Shown here: positions 51,901 through 64,000 of the stretch, piece after piece
Numbering within the stretch: the stretch's first letter is position 1
How the letters are laid out: every line of letters starts with the position of its first letter
Source: Albugo candida
Lineage: Eukaryota
Length of the DNA: 64,000 nt
Direction: 5' to 3'
Assembly (NCBI GenBank): GCA_040437565.1
Contig: JBDOQK010000062.1
Coordinates: 1-64,000 of the forward strand
Notes under the pieces: model-generated
Told to the model about the DNA's origin: nothing
Databases searched by the model: none
Seen by the model: the letters and a program-made list of their open reading frames with translations, nothing else
Position numbers and translations under genes: made by a program

Positions 51901-54900
51901 TTTTGATGAGTTTAATCGGATTCAATTACCTGTGCTTTCCGTTGTCGCTCAGCAAGTGTTGGCGATTCAGAATGCGAAAAAGACCGGCACGAAATCGTTC
52001 CAGTTTCCTGGTGATCCTCAGCATATCACGTTATCATCCGTTTGCGGGTTTTTCATTACGATGAATCCCGGGTACGCTGGTCGTCAGGAGCTCCCAGAGA
52101 ACCTGAAGGCTTTGTTCCGTGGTGTGGCAATGATGGTGCCTGATTTCGAGATCATTATGAAGGTCAAACTCTGCTCGGTCGGGTACACAGAATACCAAGA
52201 TCTCGCCAAGAAGTTTTACATCCTTTACAACACCTGTAAGGAGCAGCTATCAGCGCAAAAGCATTACGATTGGGGTCTTCGTAACATCCTCGCGGTACTT
52301 CGAAGCGCTGGTAAAATCAAACGGGATAATCGGAACGATTCGGAAGCAAAATTGCTGTATCAGACGTTGAGAGACATGAATCTCTCCAAGCTTGTAGCTC
52401 AAGACGTGCCCTTATTTCTATCGGTTCTTGCAGACTTATTTCCTACCGTCCAATTTCCTCCAAAAGGATCCTACCCGGACCTTCAAGCCGCCCTAGTAAC
52501 CGAGATTGAGCGTGGTGGACTCGTAGATCATCCCGGATGGTTTACTAAAGTCATTCAGATGTATGAGACGCAGCTAGTTCGTCATGGTATTATGCTTGTC
52601 GGTCCGACTGGAGGTGGAAAATCGCGTATTTTTGAGGTCTTACAACAAGCGCTGACTGCAACCACCGGCACTATGCATAAGCAAGCTCGACTGAATCCAA
52701 AGGCGATCCGAGCAGCTGAAATGTACGGTGAAGTAGACCCAATGTCGGGTGAATGGACCACCGGCGTGTTTGCGGCCATGTGGCAAAAGTATAACAATAA
52801 AAGCAATAAATTCATCATGTGGATCGTTTGTGACGGACCTGTGGATGCAATTTGGATCGAGGATTTGAACACTGTTTTAGATGACAATAAGATTCTCACA
52901 CTTGCAAACGGCGATCGAATGCCAATGACAGAAAATGTAAAGCTCATGTTTGAGGTGGAAACACTCGTGAATGCGAGCCCGGCCACGGTATCCCGCGCTG
53001 GCATCGTGTTTATCAGCGACACCGATTTGGATTGGGCGCCGGTTGTAGAAGCATGGATTCTCAAGAGGCCAAGCACACAACAAAGTATTTTACGGGCGTT
53101 ATTCGCAAAGTATCTTGGTGAGAATACGCCAGTGAATCCGGGTCATTGTTTCGATTATCTAGCGCGCAATACGCTGAGCGTGATGTCTGTATCTCGAGTC
53201 GGGCAGGCTTCTAGGCTCTTTAGCCTCTTAACAGGTCTTTTGCTTGGCGAACATGGAAATTATATCAGTGAGGTCCCCGTCATGCTGGAACAACAACTGG
53301 AGAAATTGTTTCTGTACAGCCTCTGCTGGAGCCTTGGAGCCTTATTAGAGCAAGAAGATAGAGTCAAGTTTCATGAATGGCTTGGACAATACGACAAGGA
53401 TGGACTCCTACTTCCAAAGTGCGAAATCGGTCAGACAATGTACGAGTACTTTGTCGATCCTCAAACGTTTGAATGGCGCCTTTGGCGTCCACCAAAATGG
53501 CAGCCACCTCCAAACACAGGAGCTCAGCTGAATTTCTCTAGTCTTTTAGTGCCGACGATGGATTCTGTGCGTACTTTGTACCTGATCGAGAATCTTCATA
53601 AACAGCGGAAACCTGTGCTTATGGTCGGCGGCCCGGGTACCGCAAAGACTTCCTCGGCACTCATGTACTTTCAGACCCTTTCAATGGATCATATGATGAT
53701 CAAACGTATCAATTTCTCAAGCGCTACGACTCCATTTATGTTCCAAAATGCCGTTGAGACTGAATTGGACAAACGCGGCGGGAAGAGTTTTGGGCCGCCA
53801 AATGGTAAAAAAATGACGATTTTTCTCGATGATCTCAGCATGCCGCTGGTGAATGCATGGGGAGATCAACCAACGCTGGAGATTGTTCGTATGCTTATGG
53901 AGCTGAACGGATTCTGTTTCTTGGCAAAAGACCGCCGTGGCGACTTTAAAGTATGTGAAGACTTGCAGTATGTGGGCGCAATGGGCCATCCTGGCGCCGG
54001 GAAAAACGATATTCCGAATCGCCTCAAGCGCCAATTCTTCATTTTCAACCTGATCCTCCCTTCATTGACGTCTATCGACGATATCTATGGCCAGCTTCTC
54101 GCGGCTCGATTCGATGCGACCGTATACAGCAAGGAAGCCTTAGGCATTCTCCAACGGCTCACAAGAGCTACAATTGAGCTTTGGAACTATATGAAAGCTA
54201 AACTGCTTCCCACGCCCGCCAAATTTCATTATGTGTTCAATATGCGTGAGCTCAGCCGCGTATTTCAAGGCATTCTTTTGACGCCTTCCGAGACGTTTTT
54301 GACGGGCGGAGGCCTCAGTGTGTCTCAAGGCAAAATGAAGAAACAGGAAGTCGGAATGCTTATTCTGCAGACCTGGCAGCATGAATGTGATCGTGTGTTC
54401 TGCGATAAGCTTACAAATCATAAAGATAAGGATCTCGTCCATGTATTTATGCAAAATCTCGTCACACAACAATTCGGCAAAGAAGCTGCTACTCTTCTCG
54501 CAGAGCCATTTTCAATGGTTCATTTTCTTCGAGACCCCGAAGAAGACGAAGATGGTGTGGTCTCTGAGGTAGCTCGTAAGATTTACGAGCCCGGTGGGTC
54601 GATGGAATCGATTCGCGAGCGTGTATTAAGCTTTTTGGAGCGATATAACGCGGAATTCCCACAGCGAAAAATGCGATTGGTACTGTTTGACGATGCGCTG
54701 AATCACTTATTACGGATTTCCCGGTTGCTGGAGACGCCTCGAGGATCCGCATTGCTTGTCGGTGTCGGTGGATCAGGGAAGCAATCGTTGACCAAGCTAG
54801 CGGCCTACATGGCTTCCTCATCGATTGTCCAAATTGTGCTCACAAAAACGTACAATACAAACTCTTTTCTGGAAGATTTGAGATCGCTGTACAAATCCGC

Positions 54901-57900
54901 CGGCCATCAGCGAAAGTCCACGACATTTCTGTTTACAGACGCTGATATAAAGCATGAGATTTTCTTAGAGCTTATCAATTCCATCCTCATGACAGGTGAG
55001 GTCGCAGGTCTATTTGCCAAAGAAGAGATGATGGCTATGACCGCTGACCTTCGGAATGCTTTTGTCAGAGACCGTATCGGTCAGGCAGAAACTTCGATCA
55101 ATCTCAAGCAGTATTTCATCGATTGTGTGCGTGACAACCTCCACGTTGTATTGTGTATGTCTCCACTTCATGCCAAGTTTGCGGAGCGAGCACGCAAATT
55201 CCCAGGCTTAATCTCCGGTCCAACGATCGATTGGTTTCTTCCTTGGCCTGAAGATGCGCTTATCGCAGTGTCGAAAGGGTTTATCGCAGAATATGCAATG
55301 GAATGTGATGCATCGATCAAACTCGCACTGATGACGCACATGGGCACTGTTCATCGCATTGTGACGGATCATTGCGATGAATACTATCAGAAAATGCGTC
55401 GACGAGTGTATCAAACGCCAAAAAGCTATCTCTCCTTTATCGAGTCGTATAAAAAGGTGTATGGGTCAAAATTGGAAGAGATTAAAGACAAGGAACATCG
55501 TGTGAATTTGGGGCTTCGTAAATTGATTCAGGGAGCAGAAGATGTGAGAGCCATGTCGATCGTCTTGGCCGATGAGCAACGTAAGCTCGAAAAAGCCACC
55601 GAAGAGACCAATACGATGCTTCAGTCACTACAAATCTCATCGGCAGAGGCGCATAAAGAAGGTGATCAGGTATCGCAAATCAAAGCGAAATGCGAAGAGG
55701 ATGCCGCGAGGATCACTGCTGAAAAGGAGTTATGTGAGAAAGATCTCGCACGCGCCAAGCCTTTTGTCGAGGAAGCCGAGACCGCGATCGACTCGATCAA
55801 ACCTGCTCATATTGGAGAGATCAAGAAGCTCGCGAAACCCGCAGATATCATTCGTCTCGTGTTTGACGGTGTGCTCATTTTATTCAAAAATCAGCTGAAT
55901 CCCGTGAAAGCGACCAAATTGAACGTCGCCAAGCAGGAAGTCGATTTTATTGAGACTTCGTTTACGCCGTACGCGCAAAGTATGCTGAGCGATTCGAATT
56001 TCCTTAAGAATGTGCAGACATTTGGCGCTGTTGGGAAGGATATGATCAATGAGGAGACTATCGAGCTGTTATGTCCGTATATGGAGCTGGAAGGATTTCT
56101 TCCTTCTGTCGCCAAGAACGCTTCGTTAGCAGCAGAAGGACTGTGCACTTGGGTACGAGCTATGAAGTTTTATCATGAGGCTTCTAAGGTCGTCAAGCCC
56201 AAATTAGAGGCGTTAATGATCGCGGAAGGGCAGATGGAAGCCGCCAATAAGGCGCTTGCAGCTGCAGAATTACGTCTTTGGAAATGTAAAGAGCGTCTTA
56301 ACGAGCTTCAGCAACTTTTTGAAGCTCAAATGGCTGAGAAGAAGCGAATTGAAGACGGAGCAAATGCACTCGCCCGAAAAATGCAGCAGGCCTCGGACTT
56401 GATCAATGGCTTGGCGGGTGAAAAGGTTCGATGGACAGACGATTCCAACAACTTNNNNNNNNNNNNNNNNNNNNNNNNNNNNNNNNNNNNNNNNNNNNNN
56501 NNNNNNNNNNNNNNNNNNNNNNNNNNNNNNNNNNNNNNNNNNNNNNNNNNNNNNCCGCCAATAAGGCGCTTGCAGCTGCAGAATTACGTCTTTGGAAATG
56601 TAAAGAGCGTCTTAACGAGCTTCAGCAACTTTTTGAAGCTCAAATGGCTGAGAAGAAGCGAATTGAAGACGGAGCAAATGCACTCGCCCGAAAAATGCAG
56701 CAGGCCTCGGACTTGATCAATGGCTTGGCGGGTGAAAAGGTTCGATGGACAGACGATTCCAACAACTTTGCCGACTTGAAGCGTCGATTAGTCGGCGATT
56801 GTGCGGTAGCGTGTGCTTTTGTATCGTACTGCGGTCCATTTAACCAGGATTTTCGGCATTACATGGTGACCCAAAAGTTTATTTCCGATTGTGTGAGCCG
56901 TAAAGTGCCCGTGACTGTAGATCTCGACGTGATCTCTTTCATGGTGGACATTGGGACCATCGGTGATTGGAATATGCAAGGTCTTCCAACGGATCCTCTT
57001 TCGATACAAAATGGAATTATGGTCACACGATCGTCGCGGTATCCTCTATTGGTGGATCCACAAGGCCAGGCGCTTTCGTGGATCAGAAACAAGGAAGCGG
57101 ATCGTATTCCATCGTACGGAAGCACGATGCTGAATCATCCCAAGCTTAAAGATCAATTGGAGTTTTGTATGGGCGAAGGAAAGGCTTTGATCATTACGGG
57201 TGTCGAGGAGGAAATTGATCCAATGCTGGACCCTGTGCTCGAGAAACAAGTGATTGTACGAGGAAGATTCATGTCCATCAACGTATCGGACAAGAATATG
57301 GAGTTCAATCCGTCCTTTTCCATGTACTTTATCACGCGCTTACCGAATCCGCATTTCGGCCCCGAGCTTCAGGCAAAGACCACCGTCATCGATTTCACTG
57401 TGACAATCAAAGGATTAGAGGAGCAATTACTGGGTCGTGTGATTGGAAAGGAGCAAAAAGCGTTAGAGGAACAGCTCGCACAAGTTTTAGAAGATGCCAA
57501 TCTCAATACAAAAGCGTTATTGGCGTTGGATGCTTCGCTTTTGGAACGGTTGACTTCGAACACGGGAAATCTGTTGGAGGATGAAGAATTGATCGGTGTG
57601 TTGGCAAACACGAAAGAGAAGGCAGCCGAAGTCAAAGATAAGCTTTTGGCCGCAGCCGACACGCGAAAATCGATCAACGAGAAGCGGGAACAATTCCGAC
57701 CCGTGGCAACTCGAGGCTCTGTGCTGTACTTTTCGATCGTTGAAACTTCGCTGATCAATTGCATGTATCAGACATCATTGAATCAATTCCTGGCGCTGTT
57801 TATGAAAAGTATGGATGTTGCAGAGAAGGCAAATTTAGCGTCTAAACGCGTGGCTAATATCATTGAGACAATGACGTATCTGTCGTATCGATACATTAAT

Positions 57901-60243
57901 CGCGGGTTGTATGAGCGTGATAAACTGACATTTATCCTTCTTCTCACTGTGAAAATCCTGGTCACGGACGGCTTACTGACACGTGAGGAAGTCACGTTAT
58001 TGACACGTGGAGGAGCTGCGCTTGATATCAACTCGGTAAGACGCAAGCCGTTCTCGTGGATGTCCAATGAAGCCTGGCTTAACGTCATTGAGGTTTCCCA
58101 AAGCTGTAAATTCTTTATCAATCTTCCGCACGATATGACTGCCAATGAGACAATGTGGAGGCGGTGGTACGAGGACAATGAGCCAGAGACGATCACGATT
58201 CCCGACTATGAGGCTCGAATCTCTGAAAATGAATCCATTGGGCCTTACTATAAACTGCTTCTCGTTCGAGCCTTACGAATGGATCGAACGATTCTCTGCA
58301 CGAAAGATTTTATTCGGAATACGCAGCAGATGGGGCCGCGGTACGTGGAGCCTGTGACCGATACAATTGAAAGCATTTTCGCAGAAATGAAAGCAGAAAC
58401 ACCAGTGATTTTTCTCCTTTCCATTGGAGCGGATCCCACGGAATCAATTGAGCAGCTCGCACGTAAGAAAAAACATCCATCTCCGGCTGTGGTTTCAATG
58501 GGCGAAGGACAAGAACCCGTGGCAATCCGAGCAATCAATGCGGCAGTTGTGAGCGGCACGTGGGTCCTGCTTCAAAACTGTGAGCTCGGTTTGGATCTTA
58601 TGGATCAAATGGAAGAGATTTTATTGAAATTAGGTGATTCCATGGATCCCGGGTTTCGTCTTTTTCTAACAGCATTGCCCAACGATCAATTCCCTTTGGG
58701 CTTGCTTCAAATGTCGACCAAAGTCACGAATGAGCCTCCACAAGGCCTACATGCTGGCTTGCTGCGATCATTCACAGTCATGGTCGATCAAGACAAACTC
58801 GAGCGTGTGGAGACGACTCAATGGCGTCAGCTTTTATTCGATTTGTGCTTTTTACATTCTCTTGTGATTGAACGCAAAAAGTTTGGGCCTTTAGGATGGG
58901 GAATCCCGTATGAGTACAATAATGGCGATCTCTCTGCCTGCACCATCTTCCTCGAGAAGCATTTGTACAACGGACCTATTTCCTGGCCGACACTGCAGTA
59001 TATGGTGGCAGAGGTGCAATATGGCGGTAAAATCACCGACAATATGGATCGTCGGCTGTTCAATTACTACGCGGAATGGTGTCTCACGCCTGAAGCCTGT
59101 TCTCCGAACTTTAGTTATACGCCGTCGGAACCGATTTTTCGCATTCCCAATGACTTTAACTATCGGATTCCGCTTGCAGACACCATTGAGGAGTATCGAA
59201 GCTTTTGTCATGCGTTCCCCGAAGTCGATTCCCCGGAGATTTTTGGCTTACACCCGAACGCAGACCTGACTTATCGTGTCAAGGAAGTGAATGCTTTGCT
59301 TGCCACTCTCGGAGAAACCCAGCCGAAAGGAGGCGGAGGATCGGTAGGGGCTTCCCGCGAGGACGTTGTCTGTGACAAAGCCAAAGAGCTATTGGATCGG
59401 TTGCCGGATGATTACGTCGAAGACGATTACAAAGCAAAGATACAAAGGCTCGGTGGGCTCACAATTCCTCTCAACATATTCCTATATCAGGAGATTCAGC
59501 GACTACAACGGGTCATTTCCAAAGTTCGCACAATGCTTCAGCAGCTGCAAATGGCAATTCGTGGGGAAGTGGTGATGACCGAAGAATTAAGTTTGACGCT
59601 GGATGCGATTTTTGATGCAAAAGTACCACCGTCCTGGCTTCGTACTTCAGTTGGTGACGAGTTTTCTTGGATTCTTCCAACACTTGGTCTCTGGTTCTCC
59701 TCGCTATTGTCACGCGATGAGCAGAATCGAGCTTGGCTGAATACAAAACGCCCCAACTGCTTTTGGCTCACAGGCTTTTTCAATCCTCAGGGAATGCTCA
59801 CAGCAATGAAGCAAGAAGTGACCCGAAAGCATTCAAAGACGGACAAATGGGCGCTCGATGATGTGGTATATCACACGGAAGTCACCGCCTTTGAACGTGT
59901 GGAGCAAATACGAAGTGCTCCGGCTGAAGGCGTCTACATTTACGGGCTCTTTATGGACGGTGCGACGTGGAGCAAACAGGAGGGCACAATTGTGGAATCC
60001 GAGCCAAAAAAGCTCTTCACTTCACTCCCGATCCTCCACGTCAACTCGTTATCCAAAGAGCTTGAGAATAAGTCGAGAAAAGATTTGTACGGGTCCATCG
60101 GTCCATTTGAGTGTCCGTGCTACAAATATGCGACCCGGACGGATCGATACTTTATATTCATGGTCACGATGAAATGCCCACCTTCCAGAGCCCCGCGACA
60201 TTGGGGTTTGCGAGGCGTTTGCTTGCTTTGTAACACAGAATAG
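45989..60243 (+). CDS. Axonemal outer-arm dynein heavy chain, gamma (DNAH5/8) type; 4646 aa after collapsing the gap overlap
   Basis: GPMGELEYW tail; P-loops GPAGTGKT, GPTGGGKS, GGPGTAKT, GVGGSGKQ; CFDEFNR; ends HWGLRGVCLLC; removing the 314-nt overlap plus gap gives 13941 nt in one intronless frame. Confidence 0.97.
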
Positions 60244-60334
60244 ACCTTGTGCTCTTATCTCATCAAATGTATCATTGATCGCGTTCTACGTCGCTTCGTT
60301 CCCGAAGACTAAAAATCTACTTGAAGGCTGTGAC

Positions 60335-61997
60335 TCACTCATTTGCCGTTCCTTTGACAATTGAGATCGATGTCGGTGTAAGACAGTGTATATCTCTTTG
60401 AACAATCAAAAGAGCACCAGCTGGGCCTTGATCGGTATCATCCTGCTGCACTTTGAACACCTGCAACGTATCCGAGTCCTGGTTGGCAACGATCACAAAG
60501 TCGTCCATGATGGAAAAGCTTCGCGGGGTTGAGCCTAAAGTGGGGTAAAAGTCAATGAGTTTCAAGTACGTGCCATCCGTAGCCTCTGCTTCGATGGTGA
60601 AAGCTGCCAGGGAATTGTGTCCACGATTGGATGCATATAGGAATCGCAGACATTTTGAGATGTGAATATCTGCACACAAATTCCCTTTGGTATCACAAGG
60701 CACTGTAGAGATATTTTGGACGGCTTCAGTTGCAATAAGTCCCGTCACAGGATCCATTTCGTGCACTCCAATACAGCTCGAGAGTTCGTCCAAAATGAAC
60801 ACAAGTTTCCGTGTATTGTGAATCACAAAATGTCGCGGACCCGATCCCGTAGGACGATTTGCACGCGCATCTGACGCGTCATTGCGTATCACATCCTCCA
60901 GAGTGTTTGTAGCAGCATGTAGTCGCAAGTGATAAATGCAGTCATTTCCGAGGTCCGCTACGTATAAAAGGTCTTTTAAACGTTGATGTGATAGCCAGGA
61001 TGTACTGTGAGGGTGTGGAGCCTCTTGTCGTTCACTGCTGGTGGAGCTATGTGCCGTATATTCTTTGACCAAAGAAGCGGGTGATAAAAGTCCATTGTCA
61101 ACGGGAAAAAGCGCAATACTTCCTCCGTTGTAATTGGAGACAGTTAGAAAGCTATTGGACGCATTCATAGCCAAATGACAAGGGTGACTTCCCAACGTTG
61201 GAAACGGATGTTGAAGTTGCGTCAGAATTAAAGCAACTTCATCGAANNNNNNNNNNNNNNNNNNNNNNNNNNNNNNNNNNNNNNNNNNNNNNNNNNNNNN
61301 NNNNNNNNNNNNNNNNNNNNNNNNNNNNNNNNNNNNNNNNNNNNNNGAAGCGGGTGATAAAAGTCCATTGTCAACGGGAAAAAGCGCAATACTTCCTCCG
61401 TTGTAATTGGAGACAGTTAGAAAGCTATTGGACGCATTCATAGCCAAATGACAAGGGTGACTTCCCAACGTTGGAAACGGATGTTGAAGTTGCGTCAGAA
61501 TTAAAGCAACTTCATCGAAAACGAATGTTCGAACAAAACCGGTGCGTTTTAAAGGGATAGAGAAACGTTCAGCGTCTTTAGAAGAAAGAGAATCACTGCA
61601 TTCATTGACTGCGTACAAAATGATCTTTTTCCCGTCCATTTTGAGTCGTTTTGAGATAAGAAATGATGGATTGGGTCCGACGCATCTCGCGACGTGAACA
61701 AGCTGCAAATGAGGTGTTTGGTGGGAAGAAAAGCGGTAGCAATAGATGCCTTCTCCCTTTCCGTCAACGTGAGACTCTTTTTGCGTATAACTACCGATAA
61801 ACACCCAAGAAGACGAGTCTGAAATCGGATCCATTTTCGAGCAGTCCCCGCTNNNNNNNNNNNNNNNNNNNNNNNNNNNNNNNNNNNNNNNNNNNNNNNN
61901 NNNNNNNNNNNNNNNNNNNNNNNNNNNNNNNNNNNNNNNNNNNNNNNNNNNNACTACCGATAAACACCCAAGAAGACGAGTCTGAAATCGGATCCAT
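60335..61997 (-). CDS. 6-phosphogluconolactonase-like seven-bladed beta-propeller lactonase (Pgl/YbhE, cycloisomerase-2 family)
   Basis: FIGSYT, NPSFL, LYAVNE, GSHPCHL, SNYNGGS, RQEAPHPH, ADLGND, GSGPRH, YASNRGHNS, PRSF, ANQDSD; two gap overlaps inside; ATG appears at both 61834 and 61997. Confidence 0.88.
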
Positions 61998-62041
61998 TTT
62001 CGAGCAGTCCCCGCTCAAAATACCGGTATAACCGGTTTTTT

Positions 62042-63211
62042 CTATTGCGATGTACGACCACGCAATGTATCCATTCCGTCGACAGCTCCAGCGACATTGA
62101 GGATCGCATCGTACCATGAAACAGGAAACAGACGTATCAGGAAAAATAGCCACGGATACAGCATTCCTCTCCATCCACTCGCACACGAGATCAAAAGCGA
62201 TTCACCACGAGTCATTGCGTTGAAAATGTTGCTTGCAACTTCTTCTTTGTCCAGCATTGGAGTCAGAAATTGTGAGATCTTCTTCTTCAGTGAGTCACCC
62301 TCAAATGCACCTGCAAACATTCCCGTGTTCACTGCAATCGGACACACGAGCAGAGTACGAATGTGATCAAGTCCATCATGCTGAAGCTCCAAACGCACTA
62401 AAGCGTCAAAATGTCAGTAAACCTTGCCTGCTACCTCAAATCTCGTACAGCTTTCGTGGAGTCCAATAGAAGCGGCTTTACTGGCGCAATAATCGCTCAA
62501 TTTTGCACTGGAAACGAATCCCAACTGCATGAAAGAGGTGATGAGATATATAACTCTTCGCAGGTTACGAATTCTTACAATGGATGACACCGTCACAATC
62601 ATCGCTTCTTTTGATTGTTTTAAAGAGGGTAATGCATGTTGAAGGATCCAGAATTGACCAAACACATTCACCTGAAAAGTTTGTCGAATTTGCTTGGTTG
62701 TGAGGTCTTCCAGCTTGCATCCCGTGACAATCCCTAATGCCCACGCTCAGCATCGACATGTCCAATGCAGTATCCACGTACCCGCATTATTAATCACCAC
62801 AGAAATCGGATGAGGAGCAACATCGCTTTTGATTTGGTCCATGCATTTGGCCACAGCGCTGAGAGAACAATTAGCGACAATAACCGCAGTGTACGACGCT
62901 CACCTTTCATCCCCAATGTCACATTGATACGTACATACTCTCACGTTCCTTCCTTCCGTTAAGCTCTTCTCGACGCGTTCCAATCCTTCTCTGTCGATAT
63001 CAATCAAAACTAGAGTGATACCATCGAGTTGATCGCATAATTTGCGTGCTAAACACTGTCCCAATCCATTCGCTGCGCCCGTGATAACAATCACACGTTC
63101 ATTCGGTGCGGTTCTGTTGAAGAGTTCGACACGAGAGCTCTTCCTCCGCAGCCAATAAACCGCAACTACCGTCAGAATTGTAATAAAACCAGTCGCGTAG
63201 TCAGACAACAT
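62042..63211 (-). CDS. Short-chain dehydrogenase/reductase (RDH10/17beta-HSD11-like), multi-exon
   Basis: N-terminal TM; VITGAANGLG, YQCDI, VINNAG, VNVFGQFW, VTVSS, DYCASKAA, LVCPIAVNTGMF. Confidence 0.9.
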
Positions 63212-63358
63212 CGAAACTTTAAATGGCAATTTGCACTGCAACTACGTATCAAAATCAAAAATGAAAAATTGAAAAGAAGGGCTGCAGGAAACCCTTTGAA
63301 AACCGAATCGCTGCGTAATAAGAAAAACACTGAACTTTATTCATCCAATTTTTTGATA

Positions 63359-64000
63359 TCACGCAAGCAGACCCCAAAAAAAGGCAAAAAATGTGATTGC
63401 AAACAGCTGAGAGGCTTGTATTTGGGTGCATAATGAAGCTGGAAGGAATTCAGGGTACTGATTCGGAGTCGATGGTTCGAGTTGTTGACGATTGAAACTG
63501 GAGCGCGATACAGCAGATGGCTTGACAACCTGTTGTTTAGCGATTTTGACTGCGCGCATAGCGTCAATGAGCCCGTGACCCAGCGCATTATTGGGGTATT
63601 CCGTCTCGGAAATGTTTCCGCAGTCGTACCCTGAGCTTTTAAGGGATTCCGTGGTGACAGAAGTGAGTAAGAGATCAAACAGCTGCATGCTTGTGAGGTT
63701 GGGATTCGCACTTAACGCCAGAGCAGCGACGCCTGCAACATGAGGTGCAGCCATACTCGTCCCAGTCTGTGTCCCATACGCGTCGTCCGAAAATGGGAGA
63801 GCTGAAAGGATGTCGTCTCCGGGTGCACATACGTCCGGTTTGATACGTGGTGTTCCATTTCCGCTGCTTTCAGTCGTATTTAGTGCACTGGGACCTTTGC
63901 CGCTGTACCATCCGATAGAACCGTCGAGTGTCATTGCGCCGACTGCAATCACATTTTCAAAATCGCCGGGCGCCACTGTCGATTCACACGCTGGGCCGTA
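63359..64000 (-). CDS. Subtilisin-like S8 serine protease, C-terminal part (runs off the window)
   Basis: VIAVGA, YSGKGP, IKPDVCAPG, GTSMAAPHVAGVAAL (catalytic Ser), GHGLIDA; hydrophobic C-terminal tail. Confidence 0.92.
   Translation of the reverse strand, partial: YGPACESTVAPGDFENVIAVGAMTLDGSIGWYSGKGPSALNTTESSGNGTPRIKPDVCAPGDDILSALPFSDDAYGTQTGTSMAAPHVAGVAALALSANPNLTSMQLFDLLLTSVTTESLKSSGYDCGNISETEYPNNALGHGLIDAMRAVKIAKQQVVKPSAVSRSSFNRQQLEPSTPNQYPEFLPASLCTQIQASQLFAITFFAFFWGLLA

Noticed and set aside
56241-56768. Frameshifted or split dynein gene
   Set aside because: Collapsing the 314-nt overlap restores one frame
46291-60172. Numerous antisense and alternate-frame ORFs within dynein
   Set aside because: Shadow ORFs of a long coding sequence

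Overview
This is the left end of a eukaryotic chromosome, almost certainly from an oomycete. An Albugo-like biotroph is my inference from the (TTTAGGG)n telomere, short GT-AG introns, oomycete INR+FPR core promoters, very tight gene spacing and a retained flagellar dynein. Bases 1-115 are telomere. About 0.8-13.5 kb is subtelomeric and holds a small zinc-finger/coiled-coil gene, a decayed full-length Copia element (LTRs, half-tRNA PBS, near-TSD), and a nest of two opposed L1-like LINE copies, tRNA-derived SINE-like repeats and a Gypsy gag remnant. From about 13.9 kb the region is gene-dense: C2H2 zinc-finger protein, BCAT, GUF1/LepA, METTL21-like methyltransferase, PAC2, DUF4598 protein, AP-1/2 beta adaptin, D-threonine-aldolase-like enzyme, tandem-PH protein, stand-alone TrpB, an orphan secreted protein, an atypical Rab2, PAC4, a cyclin, p24, an outer-arm dynein heavy chain, a beta-propeller lactonase, an SDR and a subtilisin. 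Nine of the eleven 100-N gaps are flanked by near-exact direct duplications, which are assembly overlaps and not paralogues. Best leads: (1) both LINE copies appear to sit at the same D-loop position of a tRNA-like repeat, suggesting a target-specific retrotransposon; (2) a TrpB with no alpha domain lying next to an effector-like orphan; (3) ultra-short bidirectional promoters with symmetric motifs. All gene models and identities were assigned by eye; no searches were run.
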